A DNA stretch of 64,000 nucleotides. It comes from an uncultured Candidatus Binatia bacterium. Its GTDB lineage: Bacteria; Desulfobacterota; Binatia; UBA9968; JAJDTQ01. Below, piece after piece: positions 56,684 through 64,000 of this stretch. Under the pieces are notes generated by a model, which worked only from the letters and a program-made list of their open reading frames with translations, had not been told where the DNA came from and searched no databases. Within the stretch, counting starts at the first letter, position 1. Each line of letters begins with the position of its first letter. Where the stretch lies: positions 2,903,319 to 2,967,318 of the forward strand of contig OZ219754.1 in assembly GCA_964291295.2 (NCBI GenBank), given 5' to 3'. Position numbers and translations under genes: made by a program.

Positions 56684-58333
56684 TCAGGAGAGCGCGCCCT
56701 TGTGGGAATACTCGATCTCCGCGCTGGTGATGATCTCCAGCAACGCCGCCCGCCCCTCCTCGGTGGCCCGCCGGGCCCGCACGATGGCCGGACCCACCTG
56801 GCCGGGTTCTTCCACCCGCTCGGCCCAACCCCCCATGGCCCGGGCCATGTCGGCGTAGTGGCCGCCCAGATCCCGGGTGCCGTAAAGCTCGTGCGACAAC
56901 GCCATGTGACGCGTCTCCACCGCCATGGTGGCGTTGTTGAGCACCACGGTCAGGATCGGGATATTGCAGCGCACCGCCGTCTCGAAGTCCAGCCCGGTCA
57001 TGCCGAAGGCGGCATCGCCCATGAAGTTCACCACGAACTTCTCCGGTGCCGCCAGCTTGGCCCCCAGATTCAGCCCCAGGCCGGTGCCCAGCCCGTGGGA
57101 CTTGCCCCATCCCAGGTAGGAGCGCGGACCCGCGGACCGGTAGAACGGCATGAGCTGGTCCCGGGGGCTGCCGGAATCGTGGGTCACGATGGCTTCCGCC
57201 GGATCCACGGCGTTGACGAACTCCGAGACGACCCGATAGGGATTGATGGGCACCGCGTCGGAGGTGAGCTTCGCGTTCCAGTCCCGCAACCACGCCGCGC
57301 GCATCGCGGCGATCTCCGCCGCGGGGGAGCGGTCGCTCCTGCACTTGCCGTTCAGGAGCTCCCTGACGGCGGCGATGAACTGCCGCAGGACGAGCCTGGC
57401 GTCGCCGATGACCGGAAAGTCGACGTCGTAGTTCTTGCCGATGTCGATGGGATCGTCTGTTGCCTGGATGAGCGTCTTGCCCGCCGGGATGGGCGCGGTC
57501 ATGGAGTGTCGGGTCAGGCTTGTGCCCACCGCGAAGACCAGGTCGGCCTTTTTCAGAAAGTGGTAGACCGGCCGGTTCATGACCCCGGACGCGCTCCCCA
57601 GCGACAGCGGGTGCGTCTCGGGAAACGCGCTCTTGCCGCCCATGGTGGTGACCACGGGAATGCAGGCAAGCTCCGCCAGCTCCAGCAACTCGGGTGCCGC
57701 CTCGGCATAAAGCACCCCTTGGCCGGCATGGATCACCGGACCCCGGGCTTCGAGCAACGCCCGGGCCGCCGCCATGACGTCCGCCGGGTCCGCTTCCCCC
57801 ACCGCCGCCTTCACCGGCCGGTACGCTTCGATGACGCCGGCACCCACCTGCTCTTCCGCCACATCCGCCGGTATCTCCACCATCACCGGACCCGGACGCC
57901 CCATCCTGAGCCTCGCGAAGGCCCGCCGCATGGTATCGACGACCCGGTCCGCCGTGGTGACCTGCTCCACGAACTTGGTCACGGGAGCGTAGTTCCGGAG
58001 CGCGCTGAACTGGGGAAACACGCCGTCCCGTTCGCGGCTGTGGCCCAGCGGCAGCAGCAGCACCGGCACGGCGTCGGAAAAGGCCGTGGCCACTCCCGCA
58101 TAGGCATTCTCGGCACCGGGGCCGAACTGCATGGCGAACACGCCTGGCGGCCTGCCGTTGGTCACCCTGCTGTAGCCGTCGGCGATCCCCACCCCCACCC
58201 GTTCCTGGCGGCAGATGATCGGCCGAATGCCGGCTTCGGCGGCCGCCTCGATGAGGTTCGTGGTCGGGAAGGCGCTCAGGTACGGGATTCCCTCACGCTT
58301 CAGGATGCGGGCGATGACGTCCACCGTTCTCAT
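56684..58333 (-). CDS. Thiamine-diphosphate-dependent enzyme (acetolactate synthase / benzoylformate decarboxylase family)
   Basis: ORF 56684..58897 trimmed to ATG 58333 (ATGA overlap with the upstream NUDIX gene). ThDP motif GDAAFGMTGLDFETAVRCNIPILTVVLNN. Confidence 0.85.
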   Translation of the reverse strand: MRTVDVIARILKREGIPYLSAFPTTNLIEAAAEAGIRPIICRQERVGVGIADGYSRVTNGRPPGVFAMQFGPGAENAYAGVATAFSDAVPVLLLPLGHSRERDGVFPQFSALRNYAPVTKFVEQVTTADRVVDTMRRAFARLRMGRPGPVMVEIPADVAEEQVGAGVIEAYRPVKAAVGEADPADVMAAARALLEARGPVIHAGQGVLYAEAAPELLELAELACIPVVTTMGGKSAFPETHPLSLGSASGVMNRPVYHFLKKADLVFAVGTSLTRHSMTAPIPAGKTLIQATDDPIDIGKNYDVDFPVIGDARLVLRQFIAAVRELLNGKCRSDRSPAAEIAAMRAAWLRDWNAKLTSDAVPINPYRVVSEFVNAVDPAEAIVTHDSGSPRDQLMPFYRSAGPRSYLGWGKSHGLGTGLGLNLGAKLAAPEKFVVNFMGDAAFGMTGLDFETAVRCNIPILTVVLNNATMAVETRHMALSHELYGTRDLGGHYADMARAMGGWAERVEEPGQVGPAIVRARRATEEGRAALLEIITSAEIEYSHKGALS

Positions 58334-59079
58334 GGCACCGGCGGCTCCCCTCTGCCCGCACCGCGCACCGGCAAGGCGAAATCGCGGCAAAGGGCGTCCC
58401 AGGTGCCGAGTTCGGCCAAGGTGCGCAAGGTGTTCAGGGTCGGCGGGATGATGGCCATGCGTCCCCGTTCGGACCGCCGCACGCCCTCCTCGGGAGTGAC
58501 CCAGAGGCTCTCCGTCACCTCTTCCGACACGTCCAGGGGCACCTGCCCCTCCGGCAGCGGGGCCAGGAAGAACCGGGTATCGAACCGCATCGCATAGTGC
58601 TCGGGAGTGACCCGGTGATGGAAGTAGACGGGGCTCCCGACGTCGCAGTAGAGCCCTTCCGACGCCAGCAGCTCGGGAAAGCTCACCGCGCCGTTCCACA
58701 CGGACTCGCGCCGGGCCACCACCCGTTCCCGGGCGTCCTCCGCCATCACGGCGCTCCCTTTCTCGTCCACGCACAGCAGCACGCCCACCTCCTCGTACAA
58801 TTCCCGGACCGCGGCCACCCAGTGGCCGAAGGCGTCCTCGGCGCTCAACTCGTCTCCCAGCCGTGCGCGCGCATCCGCGGGCGACAGGCCGCGGCACAGT
58901 TCCCGCATGGCGGGGGCGGCGTCGGCACGCTTGACGCTGCCCCCGGGAAAGACGAAGAAGCCGCCCAGAAAACGCATTTCCCGCGGCCGCCGCGTCATGC
59001 AGATCTCGAAGGCGCCGTCTCCCGACGGGCGTACCAGTACGAGGGTGGAGGCTCTCCTGGGAATGGCTTTTTCCCGCAT
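58330..59079 (-). CDS. NUDIX-family hydrolase
   Basis: FPGGSV...GHWVAAVRELYEEVGVLL NUDIX box. 249 aa. Confidence 0.75.
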   Translation of the reverse strand: MREKAIPRRASTLVLVRPSGDGAFEICMTRRPREMRFLGGFFVFPGGSVKRADAAPAMRELCRGLSPADARARLGDELSAEDAFGHWVAAVRELYEEVGVLLCVDEKGSAVMAEDARERVVARRESVWNGAVSFPELLASEGLYCDVGSPVYFHHRVTPEHYAMRFDTRFFLAPLPEGQVPLDVSEEVTESLWVTPEEGVRRSERGRMAIIPPTLNTLRTLAELGTWDALCRDFALPVRGAGRGEPPVP

Positions 59080-59085
59080 GGAATC

Positions 59086-59748
59086 TCAGCGCCCGGCAGG
59101 CTGACCCCGAAGCTTCGCCACCAGGGACTCGTAGGAGGTCCGGTTGATCACGCGACTGAACTGCGCACGATAGTTGTTGACCACGCTGACATTCTCGACG
59201 ACCACGTCATAGATGCGCCATTCGGCCGTGTCACCGACGCGGTGGAGGCGGTAGGCGACGTCGAACCGGCGTCCTTCATCGTCCACGATCCGGGTATCGA
59301 CCCGGGCGAAGCGCCCGTCGATCTCTTCACCGACGACATGCACGCGCTGGCCCTTGTACGCGGAGATGCGGCTCGCGTACGTCCGTTCCAGGAAGCGGGT
59401 AAAGATCCGGACGAACTCCTGGCGCTGTTCCGGAGTGCGGCGGCGCCAGTGGGCGCCCAGCGACCGCCGGGCCATCTCGGGAAAGTCGAAGAGCGGCAGG
59501 ATGCTTGCCCGGAGGCGTTCGGACTTCGTGCGATCTTCAAGCTTCGAGTCACCGAGTATGGAGACGCCGAGCCGCAGCGCCTTCTCGATTTCACGCGCCG
59601 GACCGTCCGCCGCCGCCGCCATGGAGCCGGAACCACCCGCCACCAGCAGGAATGCGCAGAGCCACAACCGCCCGGAGCCCCAGCCTGCAGTGATTTTCTG
59701 CGCGAATCTCCGTCTCATGACATTCCGCCTCACAACATTCCGCCTCAT
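59086..59748 (-). CDS. mlaC: MlaC/Ttg2D-family phospholipid-binding periplasmic protein
   Basis: LPLFDFPEMARRSLGAHWRRRTPEQRQEFVRIFTRFLERTYASRI...WRIYDVVVENVSVVNNYRAQF. ATG 59718 is an alternative start. Confidence 0.8.
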   Translation of the reverse strand: MRRNVVRRNVMRRRFAQKITAGWGSGRLWLCAFLLVAGGSGSMAAAADGPAREIEKALRLGVSILGDSKLEDRTKSERLRASILPLFDFPEMARRSLGAHWRRRTPEQRQEFVRIFTRFLERTYASRISAYKGQRVHVVGEEIDGRFARVDTRIVDDEGRRFDVAYRLHRVGDTAEWRIYDVVVENVSVVNNYRAQFSRVINRTSYESLVAKLRGQPAGR

Positions 59749-59756
59749 GACATTCC
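59715..59756. repeat. 2.8 x 15-bp tandem repeat at the mlaC 5' end
   Basis: tcatgacattccgcc / tcacaacattccgcc / tcatgacattcc. Encodes MRRNV-VRRNV-MRR and supplies two in-frame ATGs. Confidence 0.9.
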
Positions 59757-59817
59757 AAGCGAACCAATCTACGCAATAATCACGGGGAATCCAAACAAGG
59801 CGCGCCCCCGGACCGCC

Positions 59818-60615
59818 TCAGGCAAGCCGCACGGCCTTGGAGAAGTCGTAGTCGGACGGCAGGTCGGCCTCGAAATCCCAAGCCACTCGGGGGCCGCTCT
59901 CCCCGCCGCCCAGGTGTTGCTGGAGAAACCGGAACAACAGCATCCAGGCCGCCTCGGCGGCTTCCGGACGGTAGCGCCCGGGCATGGTGTCGTTGAGCCA
60001 GCCGTGGGGAGCACCCCGGAAAATGCGGATGGAGTAGCTCTTCCAGGCCTCCTCCAGCGCGTTCCGGAAACGCCGCACGTCCGGCACCGAAATGATGTGG
60101 TCGCTGTCGCCGAAGACCCCCAGTACGGGGCAGGACAACCGCCTGATGAACTCTCCCACCGGCGTCGGGCGCTCTTCGTGGGGCTCCCAGTCCCGCTGGT
60201 AGATCCCGCCGTAGAACACCACGGCACACCGAAGGTCGTCCCGGTGGGCGGCCGCCAGCAGCGGTTGCCGTCCCGTCTGGCATACGCCCATCACCGCCAT
60301 GCGGCCGGCGTCCACGAAGTCCTGCCCGCGCAGGCAGGTCATGCACGCGTCGAGGTCGGCCAGCGCCTCGTCGTCACGGATGCCGACACCCACCTCACCG
60401 CGAGCCAGGGCTTCCCGGTCCCCGGTGAATCGCGAGAACATGTCGGGAGCCAGCGCCACATAGCCGTTCCCGGCCAGCCGCTCGGCAATGTCGGTGGTGT
60501 GCGGCACGATGCCATAGCGCTCGTGGAGCTGGATCACCGCCGGCCACCGGCCGCTTCCCGACGGTCTTGCCAGGTAACCCTTCCTGCCCGCCGCGAACTC
60601 GATCTCCGCAATCAT
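59818..60615 (-). CDS. Dienelactone hydrolase family protein
   Basis: ORF 59818..60759 trimmed to ATG 60615 (GAAGGAGGG SD). GYLARP...PAVIQLHERYG, nucleophile context VMGVCQTG, GAPHGW. Confidence 0.85.
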   Translation of the reverse strand: MIAEIEFAAGRKGYLARPSGSGRWPAVIQLHERYGIVPHTTDIAERLAGNGYVALAPDMFSRFTGDREALARGEVGVGIRDDEALADLDACMTCLRGQDFVDAGRMAVMGVCQTGRQPLLAAAHRDDLRCAVVFYGGIYQRDWEPHEERPTPVGEFIRRLSCPVLGVFGDSDHIISVPDVRRFRNALEEAWKSYSIRIFRGAPHGWLNDTMPGRYRPEAAEAAWMLLFRFLQQHLGGGESGPRVAWDFEADLPSDYDFSKAVRLA

Positions 60616-60761
60616 GCCCGACCCTCCTTCATGGACCTCATGGTGTGCGCACGCAAAGCGTCCGGTCTGAACCGTATCAAATCGGACCCGGCGAAGCGAC
60701 GAAAGGCGCGACCCCCAGGCTGGCCTGTCCGGTGCTTTCACGCTAGTCTGGAACACCACCC

Positions 60762-61835
60762 GTGCCGAAGATCACCCACATCGAAGCGCGCGCCCTGAAC
60801 GCGCCCCTCAAGGCTCCCTTCACCATTGCCGGAGCGCGGCTGGACGCGGTGCGCAACGTCGCCGTGCGGCTTGACCTGGCCGGTGGCGCCAGCGGCTGGG
60901 GGGAGATCCCGATCCTGCCGGCGGTGACGCCGGAAGACCAGCCCGCCGCCTTGGCCGCGTCCCGGCGGGCGGCGCAGGCATGGACCGGCCGGGACGCCCT
61001 GCGCTGGCGGCCGCTGCTGAAGGAGCTCTGCCGCCTGCTTCCGGACACGCCGACGGTCAGGGCCGGCATGGAGATGGCGCTGTTCGACGCCCTGGCGCGC
61101 CAATGGAACATTCCCCTCTTCGCATTCTTTGGCGGCGCCGCCGATCACGTCGTCACCGACATCACCATCCCCATGTGCGGGCCGGAAGAAGCCCGCAGGC
61201 TTGCGGCCGCGTACCGCGGGCTCGGATTCACCACCCTGAAAACCAAGGTCGGAGCCGATCCGGACGCCGACATCGAACGCGTCGCGGCCATCCGCGCAGG
61301 TCACCCGACCAGCGACCTCATCCTCGACGCCAACGGCGGCTACAACGTGACCCGGACCCTGGCGGTGCTGCGGACCCTTCGCCGCAAGGGACTGGAACCG
61401 GCCCTGCTGGAGCAGCCGGTGCCGCGGGAGGACCGGGACGGCCAGGCCCGCCTGGTGCGCGAAGCCGGCGTTCCGGTGGCCGCGGACGAATCCTGCCGCT
61501 CGTCCGAGGACGCCGCCGGCATCGCCCGGGATCGCCTGGCTCACGTGATCAACATCAAGCTGGCCAAGTGCGGCGTGGCCCAGGCCCTGGAGATCATCGC
61601 CATCGCCCGGGCGGCGGGCCTCGGACTCATGATCGGCGGCATGGTGGAGACGCGGCTGGCCATGGGCTTCAGCGCGCACCTGGCGGCGGGCACCGGCGCC
61701 TTCCGGTGGATCGACCTCGACACCCCCATGCTGCTGGCCGAGGATCCGGTGCGCCACGGCTACACGGTCGACGGACCGCGCTACCAGCTCGGCCACATCA
61801 CCGCCGGCCACGGCAGCGAGCCGACAGGATGGTAG
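60762..61835 (+). CDS. Dipeptide epimerase (enolase superfamily, L-Ala-D/L-Glu epimerase-like)
   Basis: TLKTKVG, ILDANGGY, LEQPV, ADESC, INIKLAKCG, MIGGMVE. Confidence 0.85.
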   Translation: MPKITHIEARALNAPLKAPFTIAGARLDAVRNVAVRLDLAGGASGWGEIPILPAVTPEDQPAALAASRRAAQAWTGRDALRWRPLLKELCRLLPDTPTVRAGMEMALFDALARQWNIPLFAFFGGAADHVVTDITIPMCGPEEARRLAAAYRGLGFTTLKTKVGADPDADIERVAAIRAGHPTSDLILDANGGYNVTRTLAVLRTLRRKGLEPALLEQPVPREDRDGQARLVREAGVPVAADESCRSSEDAAGIARDRLAHVINIKLAKCGVAQALEIIAIARAAGLGLMIGGMVETRLAMGFSAHLAAGTGAFRWIDLDTPMLLAEDPVRHGYTVDGPRYQLGHITAGHGSEPTGW

Positions 61836-61927
61836 AACCGCCCCGGTGATGGCGACGCCCTGGAGACGGCGGCGGTGTGCCGGCACGTTCTGACCGGCCC
61901 GCAACCGCAGAGTGACAGGGAGCGCGC

Positions 61928-62878
61928 TCAAGTGCCGGAACGGGTCACGCCGAGGCTTCGGAGCCGGGCCATGAGAAGCTCCGGCGCCATGGGCCGGCGC
62001 AGGAGTTCCCGCACGCCCTCGCCGGCCTCGCCAGGCTCGGCTGCCCGGGCCAGGAGGGTCGCCAGCGGCACCTCCGTCCGCGCCCATTGCCGCACGGGAT
62101 AGAGCGCATCAATGGCCGCGACCCGCAGATCATACGGTTCTCTGAATGCGGCGGTGGCGGCGATGAACGCCCGGACCGTTTCGGCAAGCGCGTCTTCCCC
62201 GGGCGATCCCTCTCCGACGCCATGCCGGATCGCGGTCGAGGAGTGGTCCCTGAGCCCGGCGGCGAGCGCCAGCGGTTGAACCCGGTCCCGGTAAGGGGCG
62301 TTCCCGGGGCGCTCCAGCAACGCATACAATTCGCCGGCGCCCCACTCCCCCCGGTTGGCGGCCACCAGCCTTGCCTGGGCGAACAGCCCATCCAGTGCCC
62401 GGTCGCGGTCGTCGTAGTATTTCCCATCGAAAATCTGGAGCACCTTGTCCATGCCCACGATGACCCAGAGTTCCGCCGCCCGGCCGAAGCTCGCCCGGAA
62501 CGCCGGCGCCTGCTCGGAGTAGAGGCCGCGGTTCACCACCGCCACCGCGGCCCATGGGTGGGCGCACGCGAGCAGCGACAGCAGCAGCAGGCGGTCCTCG
62601 CGGCACAGGCCTTCCACCCGCTCCTTGTCGACGATGACGCTGCTCAGGGAGTAGACGACATGATCCAGATCGAAACGGCGCCGGGCGGCGCCGGCGAGAT
62701 CGGTATGGGCAAGGGTGGGCGGATTGAAGGAGCCCGGAAGGATGCCGACCCGGCCACCTTCGATACGGTGCGGGCCGGCCACCAGGACGGCGGCCGGCAC
62801 CGGAGCAGCCTCAACGGCCGCCAGCGCCTCGCGGAAGCCGAAGAGGCGCCCGAGGTCGTGAAAGTCCTGCTGCGACAA
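61928..62878 (-). CDS. Nucleotidyltransferase-fold protein (NadD/cytidylyltransferase-like) with degenerate HxGH motif and a ~100-aa C-terminal extension
   Basis: VGILPGSFNPPTLAHTDL aligns with the G.FNP.H.GH motif of NMN/NaMN adenylyltransferases. Later VIVGMD and SSTAIR (ISSTxxR-like). Function not assignable. Confidence 0.55.
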   Translation of the reverse strand: MSQQDFHDLGRLFGFREALAAVEAAPVPAAVLVAGPHRIEGGRVGILPGSFNPPTLAHTDLAGAARRRFDLDHVVYSLSSVIVDKERVEGLCREDRLLLLSLLACAHPWAAVAVVNRGLYSEQAPAFRASFGRAAELWVIVGMDKVLQIFDGKYYDDRDRALDGLFAQARLVAANRGEWGAGELYALLERPGNAPYRDRVQPLALAAGLRDHSSTAIRHGVGEGSPGEDALAETVRAFIAATAAFREPYDLRVAAIDALYPVRQWARTEVPLATLLARAAEPGEAGEGVRELLRRPMAPELLMARLRSLGVTRSGT

Positions 62879-62884
62879 GCTCTC

Positions 62885-63031
62885 CTATTTCCAGATTGCG
62901 GGACTGTCTTCCTCGGGGAAACAGGCATCGCAGAAGGGGCAGTGAAACTCCATGCCCGAGCCCAGCATGTGTGGGTTCACCACGAACTTTCCATTGCATT
63001 TCGGACACGTCACCTCGACAGCCTGACCCAT
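62885..63031 (-). CDS. 48-aa zinc-ribbon protein, possible UbiD-associated small subunit
   Basis: AAAGGAGA SD 6 nt before ATG 63031. MGQAVEVTCPKCNGKFVVNPHMLGSGMEFHCPFCDACFPEEDSPAIWK (CxxC...CxxC). Starts 34 nt after the UbiD stop and ends 6 nt before the next gene. Confidence 0.6.
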   Translation of the reverse strand: MGQAVEVTCPKCNGKFVVNPHMLGSGMEFHCPFCDACFPEEDSPAIWK

Positions 63032-63065
63032 GAAGGTCTCCTTTCCGCCGGTTCTGCTCGAACGC

Positions 63066-64000
63066 CTACGACCAGTAGGTCGTCCGATCAATGGGGATGT
63101 GCGAAAGGATCTCGCCGGGAATGAAATCCTCGACCTTGATCCGGCTCATGGCCTCGTCCGGAACCTTGGACACCGGCGAGAACGGCCGGTCCAGCGGACG
63201 CGTGGCGTCGACGATCATCCCTGAGGTCTTGATCTCGTCCACCAGGGACGGATCCAGGAAGTTGCCGCGGAAGAGCGGTTTCAGGATCGACACCTGGCGG
63301 TGGGGCTGCACGCGCGTGGCCAGGGCCCACAGGATGTCCGTGGGATCGTACACGTTGATGTCCTCGTCGAAGACGAAGACGTTCTTGGTGTGGTCGAAGG
63401 TCAGGGCCGCGGCCGCCGCCCGTCCCGGATCGCCTTCCGACAGCTTGTTCATGGAGATGAAGACGTTGTAGTGGGCATGCCGGCCCATCTTGCAGACCGC
63501 TCGCACCCCGGGCACGGCCTCGCGGCAGCGGCGCAGATAGGCGCCCTCGCGCGGCAGATCCATCCACGGCTTGTCGCCCTCGGGCGTGATGATGGACTGG
63601 AACATGGCACCCCGGCGCCAGCTCATGGCGGTAACCTTGTACTCCACGCAGGTGGTGTAGCGCTGCGGCCCGAGATAGCCCGGGGCCTCGCCGAAGGGAC
63701 CTTCCACCACCCGCTTGTTGGGTTGAAGCAGTCCCTCGATGACCACCTCCGCGTCCGCCGGGATCAGGAAGTTGTCGCCCCAGGTGGAGGACGGCGTGAG
63801 CCGCAGCGGCTCCTGCATGTAACCGCCGATGATGTCGAACTCGCTCACCTCGAACGGGCCGCTGTAGCACGCGCCCATGTGGTAGGTCGGGTGGTGCCCC
63901 AGCACCGTGGCCACGGGACACTCCATGTTGTTGTCCTCGTAGTCCTTGAATATCTTCCACAGGTGGCGCGGCGAGGCGTACAGCGCCGTGCTCCGGGGCG
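63066..64000 (-). CDS. UbiD-family decarboxylase/carboxylase, paralogue 3 (3' part; 5' end beyond the right edge)
   Basis: The frame stays open upstream of the track's ATG 63926 (...ALYASPRHLWKIFKDYEDNNMECPVATVLGHHP). Core VEGPFGEAPGYLG. C-terminal DATRPLDRPF. Confidence 0.85.
   Translation of the reverse strand, partial: PRSTALYASPRHLWKIFKDYEDNNMECPVATVLGHHPTYHMGACYSGPFEVSEFDIIGGYMQEPLRLTPSSTWGDNFLIPADAEVVIEGLLQPNKRVVEGPFGEAPGYLGPQRYTTCVEYKVTAMSWRRGAMFQSIITPEGDKPWMDLPREGAYLRRCREAVPGVRAVCKMGRHAHYNVFISMNKLSEGDPGRAAAAALTFDHTKNVFVFDEDINVYDPTDILWALATRVQPHRQVSILKPLFRGNFLDPSLVDEIKTSGMIVDATRPLDRPFSPVSKVPDEAMSRIKVEDFIPGEILSHIPIDRTTYWS

Noticed and set aside
54073-56730. 885-aa plus-strand ORF, and the 855-aa minus-strand ORF 53957..56524
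   Set aside because: They overlap the UPF0182 gene, antisense or in an alternative frame. Only the 53971..56658 frame gives a membrane-protein-like sequence with the family N-terminus.

Overview
High-GC, very gene-dense bacterial chromosomal segment with about 57 protein-coding genes, roughly nine in ten on the minus strand. I found no rRNA, tRNA, CRISPR array, transposase or prophage signal. The autotransporter, MlaC and AMIN-amidase genes indicate a diderm organism. Most of the window is core housekeeping. This includes trpS-scpA-scpB-rluB, xerD-glnD-amidase-mutS, the proteobacterial-style block pheA-hisC-tyrA-aroA-cmk-rpsA-ihfB, mutL-miaA, rpmB, spoT-gmk-yicC and a UPF0182 membrane protein.

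Five things stand out.
1. A peroxiredoxin gene has its catalytic Cys codon replaced by an in-frame TGA followed by a SECIS-like hairpin. It is probably a selenoprotein, and the ORF track splits it.
2. A 1,928-codon autotransporter has a passenger built from FN3 and Calx-beta modules. A G15 homopolymer plus a (GT)5 microsatellite sits in its 5' end, suggesting phase variation.
3. A tightly packed 12-gene minus-strand operon (32244..44002) does not match any pathway I can name. It combines a CoA-transferase, an LLM oxidoreductase, a four-subunit Mo-hydroxylase with a split large subunit, a maleate-isomerase-like enzyme, a metal hydrolase, two PLP enzymes and a UbiD decarboxylase.
4. Three UbiD-family paralogues lie within 32 kb. 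One is followed by a 48-aa zinc-ribbon ORF and a nucleotidyltransferase-like gene.
5. Several odd fusions and tandem repeats occur inside housekeeping genes.

The many long antisense ORFs in the track are high-GC artefacts. Start codons were trimmed by homology logic and Shine-Dalgarno inspection, and all functional calls rest on motif recognition by eye, not database searches.
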